Source of the DNA: Methanomassiliicoccales archaeon
Lineage (GTDB): Archaea; Thermoplasmatota; Thermoplasmata; Methanomassiliicoccales; JAAEEP01
Assembly (NCBI GenBank): GCA_046540255.1
Contig: JBKHFJ010000001.1
Coordinates: 146,124 to 210,123 of the forward strand
Direction: 5' to 3'
DNA: 64,000 nucleotides
Position numbers and translations under genes: made by a program. This document shows, one piece after another, positions 18,329 through 26,857 of the stretch (positions are counted from its first letter, which is position 1; every line of letters starts with the position of its first letter). The notes below the pieces were generated by a model. It saw only the letters and a program-made list of their open reading frames with translations. It made no database searches and was not told where the DNA came from.

Positions 18329-19234
18329 CTACCTGACGCCGCTGCGCAGCTCCCCCAGGGTGGTCACCCTCTCTGCCATGGCGTTGTGCTTGTGGATGGA
18401 CTCCTCGCTCTCGCTCTTGACCGTCACCATCACCTCGTCCGGGAGTTCCGTGTAGCTCTCCAGGACGCGTGCCAGTATCTCCCTCACCACGTCCTCGACG
18501 AACTTGGGGTTGCGATGGGACTGCAGTACTACCAGGGCCTCCTCGTTCCTCTTCAGTATCTCGTAGGTGGGGGAGCTGAAGCACTCCTCCACCAGATCGA
18601 TGAGGTCGTTGGCCTCCACGTCGTACTCCTCGGGGACCTCCATCATTAGGGAGGCCACGTTCCTCTGGTTGTGTGATATAACCGGCCCATCGCCCCCCTC
18701 CTCGGGGAGGAACTCCGGGTAGCGGTACTTGACCGTCTCCATGGCGCAGGGGCAGGCGGTCATACCTATGACCTCCACACCGATCAGCTTCTTGATCCCG
18801 TCCCCCCTCCTGCTGGATGCCTTTGCCAGGAGCCTGTAGTGCTCTAATGTCTTCCTACCCTCCGGTCCGGTCCTCTCGGTGAAGTAGTCGCCAGAGACGT
18901 GCACCTCGGAGTAGGAGGCGTACTCGTGCTTCTCCAGCAGGGCCCTGCAGATGTTGGCCCCCAGGACCTCCAGCCCGTGCACCGGTTCCCTCACACTGTC
19001 GTCCACCACCTCCGACACCACCTCCAGGTTTCTGGAGAGGTGGGAGCCCTTCTGGGTGGAGGGCAGATCCACAAAGACGTCGATGGTGGTGTTGACCACG
19101 GTGTTGCGGTTGCCCCTCCTGACGGTGACCGGTTTCTTCACACCGGTCACACCCACCCTGCTCAACCTGAAACCATTGGCAAGATGTCTGCCCTGGACGT
19201 CTCTATCCGTGATGTCACCACCGAATGGGTGCAT
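18329..19234 (-). CDS. mptA: GTP cyclohydrolase MptA / FolE2 (type IB) family
   Basis: 301 aa. RLSRVGVTGVKKPV...VFVDLPSTQKGSHLSRN matches my recollection of the archaeal MptA N-terminal region. Confidence 0.75.
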   Translation of the reverse strand: MHPFGGDITDRDVQGRHLANGFRLSRVGVTGVKKPVTVRRGNRNTVVNTTIDVFVDLPSTQKGSHLSRNLEVVSEVVDDSVREPVHGLEVLGANICRALLEKHEYASYSEVHVSGDYFTERTGPEGRKTLEHYRLLAKASSRRGDGIKKLIGVEVIGMTACPCAMETVKYRYPEFLPEEGGDGPVISHNQRNVASLMMEVPEEYDVEANDLIDLVEECFSSPTYEILKRNEEALVVLQSHRNPKFVEDVVREILARVLESYTELPDEVMVTVKSESEESIHKHNAMAERVTTLGELRSGVR

Positions 19235-19347
19235 CGGATGGGCTCATATAAACTTTAGCTTACCCACAATGAGGGTGGTAGTCCCGATGTGATGGCCGTG
19301 CCGGTGGAGGAAGTCTATAAAGTAGGTGGCGTCATTATCCGAAGCGC

Positions 19348-19995
19348 ATGATCTGCGGGGTGGACGAGGCCGGCAGGGGGCCGGTGATGGGCCCGATGGT
19401 GGTCGCCGCCGTGATGATCGAGGGGGAGGGACCACTAATGGAGCTGGGGGTGAAGGACTCCAAGCAGCTCACCCCGGCAAGGAGGTCCGCTCTCTCGGTC
19501 AGCATCTCGGAGATCTGCCATGTGGAGGTGAGGACGATCGGTCCGGAGGAGATCGACCATCACCGGAGCAGCATGTCCCTCAACGCCATAGAGGCCGAGG
19601 CCTTCGCCTCCCTGATCAACCGCCTGCGCCCCCACCGGGCCTTCGTGGACGCGGTGGACGTCGATCCCGGCAGGATGAGAAGGCATCTGGAGGGAATGGT
19701 CGGACCGGAGGTGGAGGTGACCTGCCAACATCGGGCGGACGAGTGTTTCCCGGTGGTCTCGGCCGCCTCCATCGTGGCCAAGGTGACCAGGGACCGTCTC
19801 ATGAGGGAGGTGGAGGAGGAGCTTGGAGGCCCTGTAGGCAGCGGTTACTCCCACGATCCCGTCACCAGGGCATTCCTGGAAAAATGGATAAGGGATCATG
19901 GGGATTTGCCCCCGCACACCCGGAGGTCCTGGATCACCGCGAGGCGGATGGTATCCCTCTCCAAGGTGGCCAGGCTGGGTGAATGGACGGATTGA
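19348..19995 (+). CDS. rnhB: ribonuclease HII
   Basis: 215 aa with N-terminus MICGVDEAGRGPVMGPMVVAAV, carrying the DEAGRG catalytic motif. Confidence 0.9.
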   Translation: MICGVDEAGRGPVMGPMVVAAVMIEGEGPLMELGVKDSKQLTPARRSALSVSISEICHVEVRTIGPEEIDHHRSSMSLNAIEAEAFASLINRLRPHRAFVDAVDVDPGRMRRHLEGMVGPEVEVTCQHRADECFPVVSAASIVAKVTRDRLMREVEEELGGPVGSGYSHDPVTRAFLEKWIRDHGDLPPHTRRSWITARRMVSLSKVARLGEWTD

Positions 19996-20330
19996 TCATG
20001 AGCGTCGAGCACAGGATCCAGGAGATGATCGACAGGTTCCAGTCCAGGGTGGAGAACGATCCCGAGCTCCGGGAGGAGCTCATGGGGCTCAGGAAGAAGG
20101 TCCACCTCGACCTGGGCGAGGAGCAGTACCGCTTCGTCCTGGAGGACGGCCAGGTGCACTCATTCTCCCATGGGGGTTTCGACGATGCCGACATACGGGT
20201 GATGTCGGACCCGGAGACGGTGGAGGGTCTTCTCACCAAGAGGATCAGGCCGATGAAGGCCCTGGCCCTGAGGAGGCTGAGGTTCGAGGGGGAGGTGGAG
20301 GACCTGATGAGGTTCAGGAAGTTCCTCTGA
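19983..20330 (+). CDS. SCP2 sterol-carrier-like domain protein
   Basis: 115 aa (alternative ATG at 19998). The pattern ...VHLDLGEEQYRFVLEDGQV......ADIRVMSDPETVEGLLTKRIRPMKALALRRLRFEG fits the SCP2 fold family. Confidence 0.65.
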   Translation: MDGLIMSVEHRIQEMIDRFQSRVENDPELREELMGLRKKVHLDLGEEQYRFVLEDGQVHSFSHGGFDDADIRVMSDPETVEGLLTKRIRPMKALALRRLRFEGEVEDLMRFRKFL

Positions 20331-20336
20331 CCCCCA

Positions 20337-20349
20337 AAACATTTATCTA
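20337..20349 (+). promoter_or_regulatory. TATA-like box for the tRNA gene
   Basis: AAACATTTATCTA is centred about 30 nt upstream of tRNA position 1, the expected archaeal TATA-to-TSS spacing. Confidence 0.45.
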
Positions 20350-20373
20350 GAGGTCTTATTATAGAGGCCACAG

Positions 20374-20451
20374 AGCGGGGTGGGGTAGCCAGGAAATCCC
20401 GTCGGGCTCATAACCCGGAGATCGGTCGTTCAAATCGACCCCCCGCTACCA
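20374..20451 (+). tRNA. tRNA-Met (CAU), initiator-type, genomically encoded CCA
   Basis: Hand-folded. Acceptor stem AGCGGGG/CCCCGCT (A1:U72), T arm GGTCG-TTCAAAT-CGACC, anticodon arm TCGGG-CTCATAA-CCCGG with three G:C pairs next to the loop, discriminator A then CCA. No intron. Confidence 0.85.
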
Positions 20452-20499
20452 CCTCTCACACGGCTCAATATTTATAGTACGGGACGACAAGTTTTCCGC

Positions 20500-20844
20500 A
20501 TGGAGATTCCCGGAGAGGTATTCCTGGAGATCGCGGTGATCCTGACCTAACTGGGATTCACCCTCATCTTCTACGCTGGAATGGTGGCAGGGGGGAGGAC
20601 CGTCCTGAGTGAGGTGAGGGGCAAGGCGGACAGGGGGTACCATGCCATCCGTACCAGCTTCACCCACCGGATGGTCCTCGGCCTGGATTTCCTGATCGGT
20701 ACGGACATCATAGCCACCATTCTGGTCCCCACCCTGGAGGAGATAGTGCTCCTGGCCTCCATAGTAGGGGTGCGTTCGGTGTTGGCGTACTCCCTCGCCA
20801 AAGAAGCCATCGACCTGGATGAGACGCCCGCCCCGGGCCCATGA
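20500..20844 (+). pseudogene. DUF1622-like membrane protein interrupted by an in-frame TAA (20548-20550)
   Basis: ATG at 20500 reads MEIPGEVFLEIAVILT-TAA-LGFTLIFYAGMVAGGRTVL... in one frame. The track ORF (20581..20844) covers only the part after the stop. LGLDFLIGTDIIATI is the DUF1622-like core (family from memory). Confidence 0.5.
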
Positions 20845-20899
20845 TGCCAGGAAATTGGAAATATCCCCAGTCTTATTCTCGTTCGCGAGGTAGTTACAG

Positions 20900-22408
20900 A
20901 TGCCAGAGTACGTGGGAGCCATTGACCAGGGCACCACCGGTACCCGTTTCGCCGTGTTCGACCACGCCGGACACCTGGTCTCCTCGGCCTACGAGGAGCA
21001 CACCCAGATCTTCCCCCGTGCGGGATGGGTGGAGCACAATCCGGTGGAGATCTGGCAGAAGACCCGGAAGGTGATGAGGGAGGCCCTGCGCAGGAAGAGG
21101 ATCGACCCCTCCCAGCTGGCCGCGATAGGGGTGACCAATCAGAGGGAGACCACCATCATCTGGGACAGAAGGACGGGGAAACCCATCCACAACGCCATCG
21201 TGTGGCAGTGCAGGCGGACCTCCGAACTCTGCGAGAGGTACGCCCGGGAGGGATGGGAGGAGACAATCCGGGACAGGACCGGACTGGTCCTAGACCCCTA
21301 CTTCTCCGGGACCAAGGTGAAGTGGATCCTGGACAACGTCTCCGGTGCCAGGGAGAGGGCGGAGAGGGGGGAGATCCTCTTCGGGAACGTGGACACCTGG
21401 CTTATATGGAAGCTGACCGGCAACCACATCACCGACCACACCAACGCCTCCCGCACCCTTCTCTTCGACATCTCCAGGTGTCAGTGGGACCGGGAGCTCC
21501 TGGAGCTGATGGACATTCCGGAGGGCATACTCCCCGAGGTGAGGCCCTCCGTCGACTACCAGGGCTACGGCGAAACCATCGCCCCGGACATGGACGGATT
21601 CCGCGTACCGGTGTGCGGGGACCTGGGGGATCAGCAGGCCGCCCTGTTCGGACAGACCTGCTTCGGCCCGGGGGAGGCCAAGAACACCTACGGCACCGGC
21701 TCCTTCATGCTGCTGAACACCGGGGAGGACAGGATCGCCTCCGAGCACGGCCTTCTCACCACCATCGCCTACACGATGGGAGGGGAGAGGGCGGTCTACG
21801 CCCTGGAGGGATCGATCTTCATCACCGGCGCGGCGGTGCAGTGGCTCCGTGACGGCCTGGGCCTGATCTCCGAGGCGGCGGAGACGGAGAGGATGGCCAG
21901 CTGCGTCTCCGACTCGGACGGGGTCTACTTCGTGCCCGCCTTTGTGGGCCTCGGCGCGCCCTATTGGGACCCCTACGCCCGGGGCACCATAGTGGGCATC
22001 ACCCGGGGCACCGGCCGGGAGCACCTGGTGCGGGCCACTTTGGAGTCGATATGCTTCCAGACCAGGGACGTCTCGGATACGATGACCCGGGAATCCGGCA
22101 TCCCTTTGCACTCGCTCCGGGTGGACGGCGGTGCGGTGAGGAACGATTTCCTCTGCCAGCTCCAGTCGGACATTCTGGGGGTGCAGGTCCTGCGCCCCAC
22201 ACTGAGGGAGACCACCGTGCTGGGTGCGGCCTACGCAGCCGGCCTGGCGAACGGCTTCTGGGAGAGCGTCGATGAGCTCAGGGAGAACTGGGTGATAGAC
22301 AGGACCTTCGAGCCCTCCATGAGGGAGGAGAAGAGGGAGTACCTCTACCGCAACTGGCGGAGGGCGGTGGAGAGGTCACTGGACTGGGTCCCTCCGGAGG
22401 ATCGGTGA
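20900..22408 (+). CDS. glpK: glycerol kinase
   Basis: 502 aa with YVGAIDQGTTGTRF, GVTNQRETTIIWD and FGTGSFML-like motifs. Full-length FGGY kinase. Confidence 0.95.
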   Translation: MPEYVGAIDQGTTGTRFAVFDHAGHLVSSAYEEHTQIFPRAGWVEHNPVEIWQKTRKVMREALRRKRIDPSQLAAIGVTNQRETTIIWDRRTGKPIHNAIVWQCRRTSELCERYAREGWEETIRDRTGLVLDPYFSGTKVKWILDNVSGARERAERGEILFGNVDTWLIWKLTGNHITDHTNASRTLLFDISRCQWDRELLELMDIPEGILPEVRPSVDYQGYGETIAPDMDGFRVPVCGDLGDQQAALFGQTCFGPGEAKNTYGTGSFMLLNTGEDRIASEHGLLTTIAYTMGGERAVYALEGSIFITGAAVQWLRDGLGLISEAAETERMASCVSDSDGVYFVPAFVGLGAPYWDPYARGTIVGITRGTGREHLVRATLESICFQTRDVSDTMTRESGIPLHSLRVDGGAVRNDFLCQLQSDILGVQVLRPTLRETTVLGAAYAAGLANGFWESVDELRENWVIDRTFEPSMREEKREYLYRNWRRAVERSLDWVPPEDR

Positions 22409-22412
22409 TCCC

Positions 22413-23978
22413 TTGGACCGGACGGAGGTGTTGGTGATCGGCGGAGGGGCCACCGGGGCCGGCACGGCCAGGGACCTGGCCATGCGTGGATTTCAGGTCA
22501 CCCTGCTGGAGAGATCCGACTTCTCCTGCGGGGCCACCGGGCGCAGCCATGGCATGCTCCACTCGGGTGCCAGGTACGCCGTCAAGGACCCCCAATCGGC
22601 TGTTGAGTGCGCCACCGAGGGCGAGGTGCTCAGACGCATAGCCCCCTTCTGCGTGGAGGACACCGGTGGACTCTTCGTGGGCCTCACCCAGGAGGATGAG
22701 GACTACCTCCCCACCTTCCTCCGGGCCTGTCAGGCCTCCGGGGTCAGGACCAGGGAGATCGGGGTGGAGGAGGCCCTGGAGAGGGAACCGGTACTGAACC
22801 CGGGGACCAAGGCGGCGGTGGAGGTGAACGACGGCTATCTGGACCCCTTCTTCCTCACCCAGGGGAACGTGCGTGATGCCCGAAGCTGGGGGGCCAGGGT
22901 TCTGAACTACGCCGAAGTGGTGGACATGCGGATCTCCGGCGGGAGGATCGAGGAAGTGGACTACCGGGATCTGCGCACCGGTGGCATCGAGACGACCAGG
23001 CCAGAGATGGTGGTGAACGCCACCGGGGCCTGGGCCGACCGGATCGCCGGGATGGCCGGGATGAGCATTTCCCTGAGGGTGGACAAAGGCTCCCTTGTGG
23101 TGATGAACGGCCGCATGACCCGGGCCCTTATCAACCGCCTGCGGCCCCCCTCTGACGGGGACATCATCGTACCCAGCCACTCCAGCAGCATCGTGGGGAC
23201 CACCTCGGTGGCCATCGACGACCCGGATGAGTGCCATCCCACCCGGGAGGAGGTAGACCTGCTGATCTCCCAGGGGGCGGACATGGTACCGGCCCTGAAG
23301 GGGGCCAGGGCGATCAGGGCGTACGCTGGCATCCGCCCCCTCCCGGCCGAGTCCGAGGAGGGCAGGGAGATCTCCCGGGCCTATCACCTGCTGGACCATG
23401 AGGAGGAGGGCCTGGACAACCTGGTGAGCATCATCGGGGGAAAGCTAACCACCTATCGCCTCATGGCCGAGGAGGTGTCGGATCTTGTGGCCGCAAAGCT
23501 GGGTGGCAGGGGGGGTTGCCGTACCGCGCTGGAGCCGATAATGGAGGGGGCAACGGAGATCAGCTCCCCCCTGCCGGAGTTCCACCTGTCCAGGATGCGG
23601 AGGAAGTACAGGGGGCTCGCCCCGTCCATAGCCAAGGAGTGCGAGGAGCCCAGGGGAAGGGAGACCCTTTGCTCCTGCGAGAGGGTGCTGCGGGGAGAGG
23701 CCCAGTTCTTCTGCCGGGAGGGGGACGTTCACCTAATGTCCGATCTACTCAGGAGGACCAGGGCGGGGATGGGCTTCTGCCAATCCGGCATGTGCTGGTC
23801 CCGCCTACTCTCGGTGATGATCGATCACCTGGACCGGGATCCGGAGGAGTTACTGCGGGAGTACCTGAGGGAGAGAATGAGAGGGGTCCGACCGGTTCTC
23901 TTCGGGGAGCAGCTGCGCCAGGAGGCCTTCAAGGAGTACCTGTCCACCCTCTATCACCTTCCAGGGGGTGAGCCCTGA
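22413..23978 (+). CDS. glpA: anaerobic glycerol-3-phosphate dehydrogenase subunit A
   Basis: 521 aa with TTG start. Has an FAD dinucleotide fold (VLVIGGGATGAGTARDLAMRG) and a C-terminal BFD-like Cys region (CSCERV...CQSGMC). Confidence 0.9.
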   Translation: MDRTEVLVIGGGATGAGTARDLAMRGFQVTLLERSDFSCGATGRSHGMLHSGARYAVKDPQSAVECATEGEVLRRIAPFCVEDTGGLFVGLTQEDEDYLPTFLRACQASGVRTREIGVEEALEREPVLNPGTKAAVEVNDGYLDPFFLTQGNVRDARSWGARVLNYAEVVDMRISGGRIEEVDYRDLRTGGIETTRPEMVVNATGAWADRIAGMAGMSISLRVDKGSLVVMNGRMTRALINRLRPPSDGDIIVPSHSSSIVGTTSVAIDDPDECHPTREEVDLLISQGADMVPALKGARAIRAYAGIRPLPAESEEGREISRAYHLLDHEEEGLDNLVSIIGGKLTTYRLMAEEVSDLVAAKLGGRGGCRTALEPIMEGATEISSPLPEFHLSRMRRKYRGLAPSIAKECEEPRGRETLCSCERVLRGEAQFFCREGDVHLMSDLLRRTRAGMGFCQSGMCWSRLLSVMIDHLDRDPEELLREYLRERMRGVRPVLFGEQLRQEAFKEYLSTLYHLPGGEP

Positions 23979-25141
23979 TGGAGCTGGACGTCCTGGTGGT
24001 CGGACATGGCCTGGCCGGCCTCTACTGTGGACACCTGCTGGCCAGGCACGGTTGTCGGGTGGGGATCGCCGGTGTTGGGGAGACCGCCACCTCCCTCTCC
24101 TCCGGATGCCTGGTCCTGGATTCCGGTCGCCCCGGAGGGGATGTGCTGGATGGTCTTTCCGGGAACCTCGCGGACCGGGACCAGCTCGCCGCCCTTCTCC
24201 AGGATTCGGTGCAGGACCTCTCAGTCTCCCTGGAGGCGGAGGGGCTGCCCCTGCTCGGCCGTCCGGGGGAGACGGTTCGGGCCCTGAACAATCTGGGCAC
24301 CTGGACGGGGTTGGACCTGGCCCCTCGCTACACCTATGCTGGGAGGGAGGGGGAGCTGGACGACTTCTGCCTGCTGGGCCTGCAGGGACATCGGGATCTG
24401 GATCCCGATCTGATGGCGGCCCTTTCAGGTACAAAGGCCCTGTGGACCTCACTTCCCTTGGACAGGGCGGACTACACCTCCATGGAGGTAGCCCAGATGT
24501 CCCGGGTGGACGGTTCTCTGCTGGATCATCTGGTGGACGCCCTCTCGGAGGTGAGGGAGGAGCTGGTGGGCCTCCCCCCCCTGTTCTTCCTGCGGGATTA
24601 CCTCCACGGGATGAGGCGACTGGAGCGTGGATCAGGCCGCAGGCTCTTCGAGCCTGTGACCCCCCTTTCCCTCCCCGGAAGGAGGCTTCAGGAGGCGCTG
24701 GAGGGCATGGCTTCTCGGGACGGCTGCCGGCTGCTCCGGAAGCGGAGGGTGGGGGAGGTCCGTTTGGAGAGGGGAGAGGCCTTGGAGGCCGAGCTGGTCG
24801 GCCCCTCCCGAACACAGCGGGTGGAGTTTTCCTGCCTGGTAATGGCCACCGGAGACACCGTGGGGGGCGGTCTGCGGGTGAGGGATAGCGGGGTGGAGGA
24901 GCCCTGCGCCCACCTCCAGGTGGCCCAGGGCGAGGGCGGATCCCCCCTGAGCAGGACGGTCGGTTCCGGCCTGAGGGTGAGGGACCTGCACCCCTTGGAC
25001 TCTAAAGGAAGGGTGGTGAGGAACGCGGTGGCCGCCGGCTCCCTGATCGGAGAGGTGTCATACCCCCGGGGTCAGGGGATGGAGGCAGTGCTCCTGTCCG
25101 CCGCTTTGGCGGCCAGGGAGGCCAGGGAGGCGATAATGTGA
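23978..25141 (+). CDS. glpB: anaerobic glycerol-3-phosphate dehydrogenase subunit B
   Basis: 387 aa with N-terminal FAD fold DVLVVGHGLAGLYCG. Sits between glpA and glpC with overlapping stop/start codons. Confidence 0.75.
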   Translation: MELDVLVVGHGLAGLYCGHLLARHGCRVGIAGVGETATSLSSGCLVLDSGRPGGDVLDGLSGNLADRDQLAALLQDSVQDLSVSLEAEGLPLLGRPGETVRALNNLGTWTGLDLAPRYTYAGREGELDDFCLLGLQGHRDLDPDLMAALSGTKALWTSLPLDRADYTSMEVAQMSRVDGSLLDHLVDALSEVREELVGLPPLFFLRDYLHGMRRLERGSGRRLFEPVTPLSLPGRRLQEALEGMASRDGCRLLRKRRVGEVRLERGEALEAELVGPSRTQRVEFSCLVMATGDTVGGGLRVRDSGVEEPCAHLQVAQGEGGSPLSRTVGSGLRVRDLHPLDSKGRVVRNAVAAGSLIGEVSYPRGQGMEAVLLSAALAAREAREAIM

Positions 25142-26166
25142 TACTGGAGACCTCGAAGTGCATCAACTGCGGCAGCTGCATGCGGGAGTGCCCAGTGGTG
25201 CTGCTGGAGGGCCAGGCCAGGTTCTCAGGCCCCAGGACGGCGGCGGTGGATAGCCCGCGCTTCATGACGGAGCTCGGTGCACTGGCCGGTGACATAACCA
25301 TGTGCACCACCTGCTGGAGGTGCGAGGAGGTCTGTCCCGCCCGGATCCGACTGCCAGAGGCCATCCTGGACATCAGGCGGAGGATCTTCTCCGCCGGGGA
25401 GCCCCTCCAAGGGCACAGGAGGATCATCGAGAACGTGGACCGCCACCGGCTGTCGGTGGAGCCGGCCGGCGAGGTCCCGAGGGGAGTGAAGGAGAGCGGG
25501 CAGGTCCTCTACTTCCCCGGGTGCATCAGCCGGGAGAGGGTGCCTTCCATCTATTTGGCAACGATCGGCGTCCTGGAGAAGGTGGGGGCCGATTTCGGCA
25601 TCCCTTACGATTGGGTGTGCTGCGGGGCCCCCCTGGAGAAGATCGGGGACAGGGAGAGGATGGATCGGCTGGTGGAGGAGAACCGGAGGAGGTTCGAAGG
25701 TTTCCAGAAGGTGGTGACCTCCTGTCCAGGTTGCACCACCCAGATGCTGCACCATTACGGGATCCAGCCGATGCACACCATAGAGTACCTGTACGAGGAG
25801 ATCGGTCTGGAAAATCTGCCGTTTCGCGCAAGGAAGGTGCGGGTAGCCCTCCACCACCCATGCCATTTGGCCAGGACCATTGGGCCCCACGCCATCGACT
25901 ACGCCTACGAGATCCTCCAGGCCATACCCGGGGTGGAGGTGATGGAGATGGAGGATCCGGAGGTCTGCTGCGGGGGTGGGGGCGCGGTGGTGGCCGGACA
26001 TCCCCAGGTTGCCCTGGACCTGGCCCGGGAGAAGATGCGCAACTTCGGGGAGAGCGGCGCCGACCTGCTCCTGGCCCCATGCCCCTTCTGCAAGCTTAAC
26101 CTGGACCGGGCTGGAGGGGAGGTGGAGGAGTTCGTGACCTTCCTGGACGGCTGCATGGGCCGCTGA
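25138..26166 (+). CDS. glpC: anaerobic glycerol-3-phosphate dehydrogenase subunit C (Fe-S, CCG domains)
   Basis: 342 aa with two ferredoxin-type motifs (CINCGSCMRECP, CTTCWRCEEVCP) and two CCG-like motifs (CCGAP, CCGGGG). Confidence 0.85.
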   Translation: MILETSKCINCGSCMRECPVVLLEGQARFSGPRTAAVDSPRFMTELGALAGDITMCTTCWRCEEVCPARIRLPEAILDIRRRIFSAGEPLQGHRRIIENVDRHRLSVEPAGEVPRGVKESGQVLYFPGCISRERVPSIYLATIGVLEKVGADFGIPYDWVCCGAPLEKIGDRERMDRLVEENRRRFEGFQKVVTSCPGCTTQMLHHYGIQPMHTIEYLYEEIGLENLPFRARKVRVALHHPCHLARTIGPHAIDYAYEILQAIPGVEVMEMEDPEVCCGGGGAVVAGHPQVALDLAREKMRNFGESGADLLLAPCPFCKLNLDRAGGEVEEFVTFLDGCMGR

Positions 26167-26850
26167 TCAGATCCATTCCAGCAGCTTCGGCTCCTCGGTC
26201 TCCTGCACCTGCCTGATCTCGAAGGGCATCCACTTGGAGGAGACCGCATATCCCCTCATGTGCCTGATGCGCATCATCCGCCTCAGGTTCTGGTCGAACT
26301 TCATCTCGATGACCCCATCGGATATGGCCATCAGATGGTTCACCGTTTGGTCCTCGTGGACCCCTTCGTACAGGGTGAAGATGGCCGAACCGTACTGGGT
26401 CCTGATCCTGGAACTAAATATCTGGAAGAATTTAAGGACCACGTTCGGCTGGTTGTATAGGAAGAGGGTGGACAGGGAGTGGAGGAAGATCTTCAAAGGC
26501 CTCCCCACCTTCTGAGAGATGGCATCTATGTTGAACATGATGCCTTCGAGATCGACCACGTAGTGGACGTCGGACCTGTGCTCCGCGTCCCCGTTGTCGA
26601 ACGACCCCAACAGGCTGGTGTGATAGTCGATCAGGAACAGGTTGCTGCCCAGGGCGGAGTCCGCATCGATCCCGAACTTCTCCATTAGGGAGAGAACGCT
26701 GTCGGAGTCCATATCGGCGGTGATGAACACCACTGGCTCCCCCCTCTCCAGGTGGTCCTTGATCAGGGTGACGTTGAACTCGAGGGCACCGATCCCGGGG
26801 CTGCCCACGTTGAGCACCGTGCACCACTCTGGAAGTCTGTTCCTGATCAT
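26167..26850 (-). CDS. KaiC/RecA-superfamily single-domain protein with degenerate P-loop
   Basis: 227 aa. The expected GxxGxGK[ST] position reads VGSPGIGALEF (no Lys-Thr). The rest resembles COG0467/KaiC-like domains. Lies 7 nt downstream of the two-domain KaiC-like gene. Confidence 0.6.
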   Translation of the reverse strand: MIRNRLPEWCTVLNVGSPGIGALEFNVTLIKDHLERGEPVVFITADMDSDSVLSLMEKFGIDADSALGSNLFLIDYHTSLLGSFDNGDAEHRSDVHYVVDLEGIMFNIDAISQKVGRPLKIFLHSLSTLFLYNQPNVVLKFFQIFSSRIRTQYGSAIFTLYEGVHEDQTVNHLMAISDGVIEMKFDQNLRRMMRIRHMRGYAVSSKWMPFEIRQVQETEEPKLLEWI

Positions 26851-26857
26851 ATGATCC

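Noticed and set aside
20548-20550. The in-frame stop in the DUF1622 gene as a pyrrolysine or selenocysteine recoding site.
   Set aside because: The codon is TAA, not TAG (Pyl) or TGA (Sec). No PYLIS- or SECIS-like element was evident.
20446-20937. A 163-aa minus-strand ORF overlapping the tRNA 3' end, the DUF1622 gene and the glpK start.
   Set aside because: It is antisense to three better-supported features and has no motifs.
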